Source: Flectonema sp. DT1601
Taxonomy: Eukaryota
Length of the DNA stretch: 64,000 nt
Direction of reading: 5' to 3'
Assembly (NCBI GenBank): GCA_964019425.1
Contig: OZ025786.1
Coordinates: 806,001 to 870,000, forward strand
Under the pieces are notes generated by a model, which did not search any database, was not told the DNA's origin, and saw only the letters and a program-made list of their open reading frames with translations. Made by a program: the position numbers and the translations under genes. Every line of letters begins with the position of its first letter. The stretch's first letter is position 1. Below are positions 1 through 11,394 of the stretch, one piece after another.

Positions 1-575
1 TCAAGAAGACTATGAAGGCAATCAAGTGGTGGTGCTGTTGAATGAACTGAAGACCATTTCTCTACGGTATTCAAACATGTTAAGGAATGCTCCATTCCTA
101 ACGGTAATACTCTACTCCATATGTCTATAAGTGCTTGTAGTAGTATCTCATCATTGGGTAGTTCTCCTATTCCAGCCAGTTTCCAAAGAGAACCTAATGT
201 GCAACTCATTTCGTCAGGAGTTTGCAATGAACGCATTTTTGATAATATTATTTTATAAGGAAGGGATTCGCTGTCAGAGTCGGTTGCGTATGCCCTTGGA
301 CAATCATCTGTAGCAGCGAAGTCAATTGACCCTCCTCCTTTCTTTATTGCAGCAACACAAAAAGAGAATGAAATATTAACATCTTGCATCATGTCAGATC
401 CGTTTTCACAAATGTCTGGATGATATTTCTGAGCCAGTTTGTGGAATTGTCGTCGTAATGATCTTTCGGTAATTACCTCTCCTTGGATTTCCCATTGTAA
501 TACCCGAACATGTTCAAGCAACTCTGCTCTTGTAAAGTGTCGCAACTGGCGCGCAGCTGCCCCAAAACGAATCAT
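1..575 (-). CDS. J-domain (DnaJ-like) protein, probably mitochondrial; 3' end runs off the window
   Basis: Not in the ORF track. Manual translation from ATG at 575 gives MIRFGAAARQLRHF...RSLRRQFHKLAQKYHPDICENG..., a J-domain helix II plus HPD motif, open to position 1. An upstream acceptor (ttttacag) ends at 591. Confidence 0.85.
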   Translation of the reverse strand, partial: MIRFGAAARQLRHFTRAELLEHVRVLQWEIQGEVITERSLRRQFHKLAQKYHPDICENGSDMMQDVNISFSFCVAAIKKGGGSIDFAATDDCPRAYATDSDSESLPYKIILSKMRSLQTPDEMSCTLGSLWKLAGIGELPNDEILLQALIDIWSRVLPLGMEHSLTCLNTVEKWSSVHSTAPPLDCLHSLL

Positions 576-606
576 ACCGACGGAAACAATCTGTAAAATA
601 AATTAA

Positions 607-2344
607 CCCATTAAGGACGGGGGGTCCACTACAGTGGTTATTTTGAAATTTTATTTTCGCTAAGGGGAAAACCCGGCTAACGCTACCCAGGGGGGGTGTA
701 ATCGAGGCCGTTTCGCGACGAATCTTGGGTGGGATGGCGTGGTTCGCTGTGTTTTTATTCATGAAATTCAAAACTAATAATCAAAATTTTACCACCTAAC
801 AAGAAGTTTCGTGTGCCTGTTGAAATTGATACAAGTTCGGCGTCCTATGAAAGTCTGATGATGATGGATTCTGTATCGGAGTCGTCATCTGACAGCAACA
901 CAGCAAAGGTATCAAAGTGGGGGGGCAAAACCAAGAGAATCCCCAGGGAAAAACGGAAAGGACCTACCCAGAGTGTGAGCGACTTTAATGAAATGAACGA
1001 ATTGAAGGTATCCAACTCATTTTCACTGATCATGTGCTTAAAATGATATTTCGACACACTCTTGCCTACCCGATTGACAAAGAGACGTCCATGAAGTCAC
1101 TAGAAGTTGGTGAACTGAAATGCTTTCTCCGTAATTTCCACACTGCTAACAAACACATTCCTGCTTCTTATGTTCATAGTCTTGTTAAACCCCATAATAA
1201 TAAAGGGCATTGGGTGACGTTTGACAATTTCAATTCGTCATACGCATTTCTTGTTTTGATGTTAGCGAAAGGGTTCCACTGTGTTGGAACAGCCTGACGG
1301 AACAGAAAGGGAGTTCTGTTGATGTTACAAAACCGAAGGCTACCCCTGGACCGGGACGACTAAGCAAATCGGAAGTGAAAGAAAGACCGAAGAATCTTTC
1401 TGCTTCTTACCTTCAGTCAAGCACGGCATCCACCATATAAAGTGGAGAGACTCAAAGGATGTGCATCTTTTCAGTACTCTTCCCTTACGTGAGCACTGTG
1501 TCGATGTATATCGCTGGATTAGGAAGAGAAATAAAAAAGAAAAAGTGCCGATCAAACTACCGTGCAAGTAGACAGGTACACCAAAACGATGGGAGGTGTT
1601 AACCTGATGGATAGCGTGAAGGGAAGGGCGAACAGAAACCTTCAAACTAAACGATGGCATCTAAAGGTTTTCGACTACTAGCTGAAAGTTTCAATGTTCA
1701 ACACGTTTACCCTTCAAAAGAAATGCGGTAAGGATACTGGTACCTACATACGGTATGTAGAGGAGCTCGCTATGCAACTCGTCAGTGACGGGACGTCGAG
1801 AGACAAGACAACCAATACTACATCTACTATTGACTCGGGTTCGCACTTTTCACACATGTTCAGCACCACTGAGCACTATCCATCAATATTTGGCGCTGCT
1901 AAACAATGTAAGTATCACAATACTCGAGTGAGGACTACTTATGGATGCCAGGGGTGTAAGGTTTTTATGTGTCCTGCACCCTGTTTTGGCAAATACCACT
2001 TAAATCTTACAAAGGGGAGAACATTTGCGTCCCATACCACCACCTCTGTGTCGGGAGGTGCTATCCGGGAAGAATGTACGAAGGGGAAGACCCCTGCACT
2101 CACAACAACATCAAAATTGAAGAGGCGCAGGGAGTCATAAGAACTGAGCTTATTGTTGTCTTTGGTGGTGTTTTCATTTGTTCTGTTCACCCTTTAGGTG
2201 GTGAATGTGTGTGTATTTTTAACGGGCAGGCAATGGCGGTTCACTTTGTCACATCACCTTTCCGAGCCCCCCTACCCCTTTTCCCCGTTAGCTCTTTTTT
2301 CAAAAAAAGTCAAAAAACCGGGTTTTACCCCCGTCCGTAATGGG
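607..2344 (+). mobile_element. piggyBac-superfamily DNA transposon (decayed)
   Basis: TTAA at 603-606 and 2345-2348. 17-bp TIRs CCCATTAAGGACGGGGG (607-623) and CCCCCGTCCGTAATGGG (2328-2344) with one mismatch. Subterminal AAAACCCGG / CCGGGTTTT inverted repeat. Confidence 0.95.
813..2140 (+). pseudogene. piggyBac transposase pseudogene (stops and frameshifts)
   Basis: Fragments across frames: GHWVTFDNFNSSY, GFHCVGTA*RNRKG, IKWRDSKDVHLFST, YTKTMGGVNLMD, RWHLKVFDY, and a C-terminal Cys-rich domain CKYH...TTYGCQGCKVFMCPAPCFGKYH. Confidence 0.9.
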
Positions 2345-2589
2345 TTAAATAAATAAAAATAATATCATAAGAGACATTGCTGGGATGGGCGAGACATGTA
2401 AGCACACGCAGCTAAGGCTGCGTCTGTAACTACAATGTTAACTAATGAAGATGGCGAAGGCCACGATTTATTTTATTTTTTTTAACTTTCAAAAAAATGC
2501 TTGCATAATTCCATGTGACACATTAACAAGCGTTAATCGCAGATACTCTGTATTTCAAGGAAAGCAGCAGATTAGTTTTTTTCACATAT

Positions 2590-3720
2590 CTAACGACCAT
2601 GTGAGACAGTTGGTCCTATCTCATTGTATTGTTGTTTAGTAATCCAAAGATCTTCGAACTGTGGAAGTGTTGCTGCAACTGATGCTCCTTTCCAAGAGAG
2701 CTCTGCTCTGTCACGAGGAAGAGTTACTTTAGGTTTTAGTTGATACGAAGAAATGCAGTCGACTTCACTTGGAAATCGATCAGCGAATCCACTTATTTGA
2801 GAAGTTCCACCAGACACGATAACCGAATCGACGAGTTCTTTACTTAATGAGAACGGAAGTGATTGAATAGTCTCCCAAAGTACTTCATGAACTCCTAACA
2901 TATTTAATCTGTGAGGAGCGTATGATGGTCTGAAAAGGATTTCACCTGCAAGAACTCCTTCTTTACCAACACTTATAACTATTTCTTTCCCATCAGGAAG
3001 TTGTAAAGTTACATTTTGATCAACATTAGATCGGTCTGATAGTCCAGTTGGGAAGACTTTTCCAAGAAGAGCATCACTAAATGAGAGTGAACATTTAGCA
3101 GTCGTTTCTTTTACAAATTGCGTCCAATTTGGTGCTTCCTGAGCTCCAATCCTCGCTGTTAGATATTCTTCAAAAAAAGAATCGAGTACAGAACCACCCA
3201 CATCACTTTCACATACAGCATATTGTTGTACGACCCCATTGTATACTGGTGATACTGTTGTTTTAGTTCCCATATCTATGGTGATGCCTTGCATTCTACC
3301 AGCTCCATATAACGATGACACAGCTGAGGGAATAAACTGAAGAGCAGGTACATTAAAACGTTCGAATAGAACTTGAGTTGTGTTTTCAATAACACTTCGT
3401 GATACTCTTGAAGGCGTTACGTACAGGATTGGATGCTCAGAACTATCCCATCCACCAGAAGTTTGCTCATATGCGTATGCCCATAATTTCTCAGACACTT
3501 CGTAATCGATGCTTTCGTCACTTGGATTTATTATTTTAGATAATCTTCCTGTTTTCTTTGCTGTATCAAGACGAGGTCCAATATATGGTAACCACGTATC
3601 ATCGACACCTACTAATGTTCTAACTCTCCCCATGGAATCTGATGTCGTACTCGCAGCCCCGAATTTTGTTTCGTGTTTTCCCATATCCAATACCATGGCC
3701 TTTACATCAGATTTAACCAT
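2590..3720 (-). CDS. Divergent actin-related protein
   Basis: 376-aa ORF with actin-fold motifs (VLDMG, EHPIL, LFERFNVPA, SLYGAGR, LPDGKEI, VSGGTS, SWKGAS, WITKQQYNEIGP). Confidence 0.9.
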   Translation of the reverse strand: MVKSDVKAMVLDMGKHETKFGAASTTSDSMGRVRTLVGVDDTWLPYIGPRLDTAKKTGRLSKIINPSDESIDYEVSEKLWAYAYEQTSGGWDSSEHPILYVTPSRVSRSVIENTTQVLFERFNVPALQFIPSAVSSLYGAGRMQGITIDMGTKTTVSPVYNGVVQQYAVCESDVGGSVLDSFFEEYLTARIGAQEAPNWTQFVKETTAKCSLSFSDALLGKVFPTGLSDRSNVDQNVTLQLPDGKEIVISVGKEGVLAGEILFRPSYAPHRLNMLGVHEVLWETIQSLPFSLSKELVDSVIVSGGTSQISGFADRFPSEVDCISSYQLKPKVTLPRDRAELSWKGASVAATLPQFEDLWITKQQYNEIGPTVSHGR

Positions 3721-3773
3721 TTTATTTTATTTTATTTTATTTTTCTTAAATAATCACAAAAAATAGGTTAATT

Positions 3774-3901
3774 TATTTTTTTTTTTTTTGTACCGACGTA
3801 GTTCGGAGAAGAAACTACTATTTAGATTGAAAGCCGTTATTTCTTATGAATAAGATTTATTTTCCCGTGTGACAGGATCTTGTCTGCGTTCAGCGAAATA
3901 T
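3774..3901 (-). repeat. SINE-like interspersed repeat, copy 1 (3' hairpin plus A-tail)
   Basis: Reverse complement aligns over ~115 bp with 19103-19216 and ends ...TTTCTTCTCCGAACTACGTCGGTAC followed by poly(A). Confidence 0.7.
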
Positions 3902-4275
3902 AAGGCTTTTTGTCTTTTTTCCTCTAATTCCCAATTTTCAAAGTACAATATGAAAAATTAAAATAAAAAAGAGAGGGAAACTCAAATAGATAGATGGACA
4001 AAATAAATAATAATAATTTTGAGTTTTTAGTCAAGAAAATGAAGAGGTGCTTAGTCAAAACAGAGAGGCAAGGGAACCTTGACTTGCAGCACTCTAATTA
4101 CTACAGCAAACATGAACATCAATTTGCTTTTCTTTTGAGTAAATATTAAAGTTAGTGGAGGGAAAAAATAGATATGTTTTTTTTTTTTTCTAAAAATTAA
4201 GTTTTATATCGGGGGTAAATACGGAATTCCTATTCCCCCTCAGAATATATCTCACACAGAAATATATCCATCACT

Positions 4276-5352
4276 TTAAGCAGTTTCTGGAAGTGGTGAA
4301 TGTCTGTACATTACTTCTGTTCTCAGAAGCCACTTCTCTCCAGACACTAATTTACCACCATCATGCATGAGCTCACTTGAGAAGACCAGACACTCTCCAA
4401 CTGAAGGTTGATATTTGTGAATCGCGTTCTTAGGATCTCCTGTCTCATAAGCAACCTGCTGTTCATTGTAAAAGGTTGTCGGACCACCAGCATCTGGCTC
4501 AACAGTATTGAGATATATCATAAAAGTCTTTAGACTTGTTAAAGTATTATTACAAGAAAATCCCCCATCTAAATGACAAGTAAAATGTCCACCAGGTTGA
4601 TACCTACATACTCTAAAACAAGGATTAATATGATCTGGTGTCCACACTCCTGGAAGCGTACCCATTGGAATCCCATCTGGGTAATTTTTCCTTGATGAAA
4701 GTGTTATTTCACTCAAAAACGGAACTGCTCGTTGAAATAATGAATGAGATAGATTCTCTGACACTACAGCGACTCGATCATTGACTCTCATGTATTTCGG
4801 ATATCCTTCTCTATTAACAGAAACCATCGTAAACCCCTTCGCCTGCTGAATAATATCATCACACTCTGAAGGAGACAACATGTTATTTATAACAAAAGCA
4901 GTCCCCTCAGGACCAACTTTACTAATATGGCTTACTGTTGGTAGTTTCCATTCTGCTGTTTTAGGTGGTAATTCGTCTTCTGTATCAAGATGTTCATCAG
5001 TGAATTCACTGTCATCTTCTTCTTCTTCTTGTCCTTCTTTCTTTAACCACTTCTCTGGTGGTGTGTGCGATGTTAATATCGGTTGTTCATTTAGAGACAT
5101 CCACTTTTTACCAACATTGACATGATGAACGAGACTAGTTACTTCGCGTGTTTCTTCTCCCAAAGGAATCGCAAACTCATGTTTGGTCTTCATGTAGCCT
5201 CTCTTATGCTCATAATCAGATTGAAGCATTGTATCTTTTACTAACGTTTTGGATAAGATATCGGGAAGTGTTGTAGTAGCAGTAGCAGATGGGATATGGA
5301 TGTACTGCATGTCAGAAGTTACTAACCAATCACCGATGAGAGTTCTTTCCAT
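4276..5352 (-). CDS. 2OG-Fe(II) oxygenase, prolyl 4-hydroxylase-like
   Basis: 358-aa ORF with NMLSPSECD, RYQPGGHFTCHLDG (HxD), FMIYLN, GGPTTF, MHDGG (distal His) and KWLLRTEVMY. Confidence 0.9.
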   Translation of the reverse strand: MERTLIGDWLVTSDMQYIHIPSATATTTLPDILSKTLVKDTMLQSDYEHKRGYMKTKHEFAIPLGEETREVTSLVHHVNVGKKWMSLNEQPILTSHTPPEKWLKKEGQEEEEDDSEFTDEHLDTEDELPPKTAEWKLPTVSHISKVGPEGTAFVINNMLSPSECDDIIQQAKGFTMVSVNREGYPKYMRVNDRVAVVSENLSHSLFQRAVPFLSEITLSSRKNYPDGIPMGTLPGVWTPDHINPCFRVCRYQPGGHFTCHLDGGFSCNNTLTSLKTFMIYLNTVEPDAGGPTTFYNEQQVAYETGDPKNAIHKYQPSVGECLVFSSELMHDGGKLVSGEKWLLRTEVMYRHSPLPETA

Positions 5353-5468
5353 ATTGTTGTTTATGAAATTACTTTTAATAGAATGACATAATGAATGATT
5401 TTACAATTTAAAAATATGATGTCAGATTGTCTAGACCGTGTAAATGAAAACACAACAAAAAACTAATT

Positions 5469-7130
5469 TCATCTCACCACATGAAGTCTTCGTATAAAAT
5501 CTTTGTATCGAACTGGATGATGAATTTTATCCTTTTCAGTGATGCATAATTCTGTTAGGCTGGTAAGTTGCTCTTTAACTTCACATTTAAAAGTATCTTT
5601 TTTTAATTCCCATTCTTCACTACGCTTAGCATCACGAGCATATATTCTCTCAATCACATGTCGAATGCAATTGTGTCGTTTTCGGGGTCTGAACGTCATC
5701 TTGGTAGAGTTGCTTATTTTTGTGACGTTGTTTCCACTCGTCGAAGTCAAAGCGTTAGCGATTCTCTGTAGCTCCTCAATATGCCTGCGTGTTATTGTTA
5801 TTTATTGTAAGAAGTGTGAACAGATATTCCCACAGAAAGAATATACATGCCACCGTATTAAACACAAGTCACAAAACGTAGTGGATAACGTACCTTAATT
5901 GGGTAATTTCAGATTGTTCCAAGTCAGCTACGCGGATGCTTAAGTTTTCCTTCTTTTCTTTAAGGTTTTTGACGATGACTGAATGAGTCTTTTCTGTCTG
6001 AGCAATATGACTATCCCTGCTGGATACCTGTTGTTGTTATTTCTTAAAAACAGACATCAAAATCGTCACTAAGTTCAATAAGAGAACACACAAACCTTTT
6101 TATGAAGTGTCTCCACTTCTCGTTGAGTAGTTTCTAACTTTCGTTGTAAACGTTCAGCTTCTTTATCAAAACAAGTTGTTGCTTCTCGAAGTTGCGTAGC
6201 ATGAAGTTTATTAAGGTTGGCAATCCCTGAATCGTGTTGTGCCTGCAGGTTCGATGCTTCTGATGTCACATCTTTCAATTGTTTTTTCACCTCCGAATAC
6301 TTTTCTTCTAACGCGGTATTTGATCCGTCTAATACTAAGATTTGCTTAGACTGATTGTCTACAACGCTTTCAAGTTTTTCATTACTCTCTTTTAGTGAGG
6401 TCACTTCCAATTCAAGTATAGTTCTCTGAGCACTTATTCTTAACATTATCGAACCCAACTGACTTTGTGCTGTTGTAAATAATTCATCGCTGATAGACTA
6501 TTTTGGTATTGATTTGAATAATTTATGGATATTTTATAAGAATGATCATTGCACAACACACACACACCTGAATGGAATCAGCAGAAACATGCCGTTCCAC
6601 AGACTGGAGAGCAATCTTGCAAATTTCTCTAGTTGAACGGACTTTGTTACGAATTGCTATCAATGTTTCATAAGCAATGCTTAGCTTTTTGGAAGTGTCA
6701 TTGGGATTTGTTTCAGTTTGTGTTTGCTGTTCTGATTTTTTAATAATCGCAACTGGTGGAGTAAGTGAAACAGGTGAATGAGATTGAGCTGAGATACTCT
6801 TTTGAAGTAATAAATAACAACTTGTTATTATTGCAAGGGCTGTCGTAGTACAGACGATTCCAGATTTTAATTTATTATCGACAACAACAGTGTGAGTATC
6901 TTCTGAAGTGTCAGAAGGTTTGATCTTCTCTACTTCACAGTCGGAGTAGTCTTCACCAGCTGCAATTTTCTCAAGCTTGCATTGCTCTTCAGATTTAATA
7001 CCTCTCTGTGAGTATTATAATTTATTATTATTAGAAAAAAAAGAACAGGAGAATAATAAAATATACATACTTCTTTCAAACGTTTTAGTTTCCAAGCTGC
7101 TTTTGCCTGATCCCATTTACTCGACGTCAT
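5469..7130 (-). CDS. Five-exon coiled-coil protein with a short hydrophobic segment, function unknown
   Basis: Exons 7130-7071, 7005-6568, 6497-6096, 6027-5894 and 5784-5469 join in frame across GT-AG introns, linking the ORF-track fragments at 6930, 6075 and 5469. Confidence 0.75.
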
Positions 7131-7213
7131 TCACAAAGAGGTCAAAGAGGACTCTCTACCAACTGAAATCCTTAATAGAATAGAAGAAAATAAAATAACA
7201 ACTGACATAACAC

Positions 7214-7251
<38 letters not shown>

Positions 7252-7398
7252 CTATGGTTCGCATAATTTGGTTATTTTTTGTACACTGTAACGAACGTGC
7301 AAATTTTTTTTTTTTTGAATTTTCGGATTAAAAAAAGAACATGAACCGGAACTGGACTGAAAAAGAATTATTCTTATTATTCTTCGAAAGGAAATAAT

Positions 7399-9087
7399 CT
7401 ATCGGAGTGACATGTCATCGATCATTTCACTGTTTGTTTTTTATTGAATACACTTCTCCAAAAAAAATGATATTAATCACAAAAGCCTACATACATTAAC
7501 TCAGGATCATCAATGCCGACCTTAATAAGAAGAGAACGAAGACTGCTCAACTCTGTAGGAGAAAGACTAGACTCACCACGCTCAAGGATTTGAAATAGAT
7601 AGCCCTCCTTAGCAGAGTCGTAAACAGAGTGTCGTGAGTGATGTTGTGTCTCGTGCAAAATGAGGAGAAGTCGATGCTGTTAATTGTTTTCGTGTTTTTT
7701 TTTTTTTTTTTTTGTTTTTTTTTTAAATTAATTCGTAACTAGGAAAACAACACCATACCAAGTCTATCATACGAACTTTATTCCAAGCAGACTTGCGTAG
7801 GAACGATGAACAAATAACATCGAACAGCGGACGAGAATATGATTCTCTAAATAGCCTGAGAACTTCAGCAGCAAATCGAGGTGATGATTCAATCTTTTCT
7901 CTGAGTGTTTGTGTAACAACAATACGAGACGCAACAGCCGTGTGAACAGGAGTAGCATTGCCAAGAGTGTTGTATGCCTCAACGATATCACATAACTGTT
8001 TTAACGACATACTACCAATTAAGAAGTTGGCATCATCATAATCCTCAACCTGAAGATCGTGAAGGGTCTCCTTAGCTTGATCCGTTGATGGGGTCTCAGC
8101 CTCACCAGGAAGTGATTTTAAGATTTCAGCTTTCATCTCTGGAATGGCTAGAGAAGTAATTCGTCTCTGAGAGTTTGCAAAAAGAGTTTTGACAGCCTCA
8201 GCCATTGGTCCATGATTGACTTTAACAGTAGAAACTTGTTTTAAAAGTGTCGAGAGAGTCGCACCAGATATCGTTATCAACATTTCTTCATTTGATACCT
8301 TTTGAAGACAAGCTTCTACTAAATGGCGGTTTTCTGGAGATGAGTGAAGGTTCATTGATATACAACCATAGATTACATTAGAGAGCTGATCAATATCCCA
8401 AGCACCAACAGTGACACCATCCTTAACTGTTCCATTTATCCAATTCATGTATGGTTTGCCTTCACAAACAAGTGGACGTAGTTTAGTCTTCCACAACGAT
8501 CCTAAGTCAAGCATTCCCAATGATAAAACTGCTGTTGGTATATGTTGTGGTCTATCTATTTTTCCACCCATCTTCCTGGCTCTCATACATAGTAAAGATA
8601 TTGCTTCCTGAACAACTGTCTTGGATAAACTGTATACGGCATTTGACTTTTCCGGTTTTGTTGATCGAAGGCTTGCATAGTTGAAGTAGATGGTGGCGTA
8701 CCAATGGGCAAATTCAAGGTAGATACCAACGGATCCAGATAGCTTTTGTTGTCTTGGGCCGTCTTTTTTCTTTTGCGTATTCCCTTTAACGATGTCAAGA
8801 AGTTTATTTGATTCAAGTCGACCGTCAGTACCTCTATATCTAAGTAGCATTCTCTTGTTCATCATGTCTAATGCTCGTCCGCAATTTGATAGAAGTGGTC
8901 CGTCAAGATTTGCCATTAGTCTTGCGGCTTCCAAGTCGTGAGTGTCGACTATTGATGCCTCGTCTTGTTTTAAGATAAAATTAGCAACGTCTTGCTTGCT
9001 TTTACACTCCCTCATCGCAGTTGAAATCGGATTCTTGTCAAAAGATGTATCAGAACACCACCGGGCTAGACGAAAACCGCGGTACAT
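7399..9087 (-). CDS. Alpha-helical protein with a probable mitochondrial presequence, three exons
   Basis: Exons 9087-7759, 7676-7495 and 7429-7399 join in frame. N-terminus is MYRGFRLARW. No family recognised. Confidence 0.75.
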
Positions 9088-9549
9088 TTTTTTTATGTTA
9101 ATTACTGCGGTTAAAAATATTTAATTCATTGTTTTTTCATTCGCGCGCGACATTTCTTTTTTTCTGATTTGAAGATAGGAATTAATTACAAATCAATTAA
9201 ACATTTTTTTTTTTTTTAAATAAAAACTTTTTTTTTATGTTTTTTCGTTTCTTTTAATCGGAGTAAATTCAAAGGCAAGAGGTCGGCTACCCTCCACCCC
9301 TGCATAGTCAGGGTGAGCCAATCAATCGTTATTGCATAACTGTTTAGGTTTGTTTATAAGTGACGTCGGCTTGGGTTTCCTGACATGCGGGGCATTTCTT
9401 GAGGCTTGTAACTCTCGTCACCCGATGTACTTAGAAGTTTGTCAAAGTAAGAAATAGGGGGCTCAGAAAACGTTTACTTTTATTACGGCAAGACTTTAAG
9501 AAAAAAGTTTTTTAAAAAAAAAAAAAAAAAAAAAGGGAATGAAGAAATT

Positions 9550-9580
<31 letters not shown>

Positions 9581-10190
9581 CTGCACAAGACAGCAGAGTA
9601 TTTTCTGCTGTACCCAACAGCGATGATTAACTTAACCGAGCACCTCCATCACAAAAGGTGAAATGATTTAAGCTCACCTACAGCACCTGCTGTGGATAAG
9701 CTCAAGCCCAGGAGGGAAAACGTTTTTTTTTTTAATATTTCTTTTTTTTTTTAAATTTGTAATTCGTTTGTTATTGTTATATTTTTTTTTATTTTTTTTT
9801 CCCCGTTCCACTCCCTTTTTTCAGGATGCTCGTTGAAAAGAAGAGATTGAATGTGTTGAATCTGTAAATACAACTGCTTTGTATCATATTAACATAAAAC
9901 GATAATTTAACAATCTGCTAAGGATACAGTGACCGGGCGTGATGCTTAACTTATCCCTTTAAAGTAACAACTAGGTTTCTAGAGCAATCTATATACCACT
10001 CTACCTCTATTCTCTCATCATCAGTTATGGTGTAGAAGTAAGTCAGTCAAATCAAAAGAAGGGGGAAAAAAAAAAAGAAAGAAAAAAATTACTGAATAAC
10101 AAAAATCTGCCATTGCAAAAATTAACTGTGTCACTACGATGTAATGTTATTGTAATACCCAATCTTAATTTCGATATAGAGAAGGTATTG

Positions 10191-11394
10191 TTAGGCACCC
10201 ATACTATGATATTTTTTATACAATTTAAATAAAGACTGTAACTGGAGGATATCCCTTTGATGTTCTTCTATTTCTTCTTGAGTTCCAAGAGGAGGGTACA
10301 GGTTGGCTCCATATTTTTTAACTGCAGCATCCGTGAACAGATTCAGCTTTCGATTCGCAAACTCAGTTTTTGTATCTTCACCTCGGACAGAATATTCAAT
10401 AGGTGCGTTTATGATATCGAGCGACTGTCCTTTAGGACATAAAACCCTTTCTAATATCGAGATGCCTTCAGCTTGACCGGATAAAATTGTTTTTACTGCA
10501 GTCAATATACCAGTAGGCAGCTCAGATACAAGTTTACCACGACACCAAAACTTTTGCAAACACACATAGAAAAGACTATCTTGAGCTTGGCGGGTTGTCT
10601 TTCCATGAAGTACACATTTTACGATACTGCCAACCGCCAGTTGGGGTAATTTAAAAGTTTGGCAATCTTCAGTTCTTTTAACCTCAAAATGATCCGAGAT
10701 GTATGTCCAGCAAAATCCATCTTCCATATATATAGAGCTGTCGTGTGTCGTTAGCTTCTTATCTTTGATGGAAGTTATGGTATCACGAAACTGATTTTCA
10801 TCAGTAGGGTATCCAACCATTATTTGTAAAGACTTCGAATAGTAGATTGGTGCATTTTGTTGGTAGTCTGCTTGGTAGAATACGAGCTGTGTTGTATTTT
10901 TTTATTAGGACAATAAAAAAAAAAAAAAAAAAAAATAAAAAAAAAATAAATAAAAAAAAAAAATGTAAATCGCTACATACACTAACTTCATCAACAACAC
11001 ATCCTTCTCCCGCCAGAAGATAGCAAACGGAATCTTCGCCGTCTTCAGTGGCATCTCCACAACTACTCCAAAAAGAAGTATATTTATTATTCACAGTTTG
11101 ATGAACAGTCTGATTTAGATCATCCGTCGTTGAAGCAATCAATCCTTCAGTCACTAACTCAGTTTGTTTTGAACGACGCATTACGACAACATCTCTACAT
11201 AAGTTATAATAATCACACTCAGATTTATCAGTAAATCCGCTGAGCAATTCTTGAACAAATTTCTTCCACTGATTTCCAACTCTGCACCTTGCTCCTATTC
11301 GGTTATTTAGTTGCATACAATTACTCAAATCTTTCATTGGTAAATAATCAAAGCAGGCGAGAAGAGCATCTCCAGATAGGGCAGTCAAACTCAT
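10191..11394 (-). CDS. F-box protein resembling plant At4g00755-type F-box proteins
   Basis: N-terminal F-box (LSGDALLACFDYLPMKDL). Intron 10887-10980 joins the two ORFs in frame. Motifs ASTTD, SFWSSCG, PIYYS, QTFKLP and FYVC. Confidence 0.8.

Noticed and set aside
9450..9470. AATAGGGGGCTCA resembles the RNase MRP/P CR-V motif
   Set aside because: No matching upstream GAAAGTCCCC-type CR-I was found to form P4.
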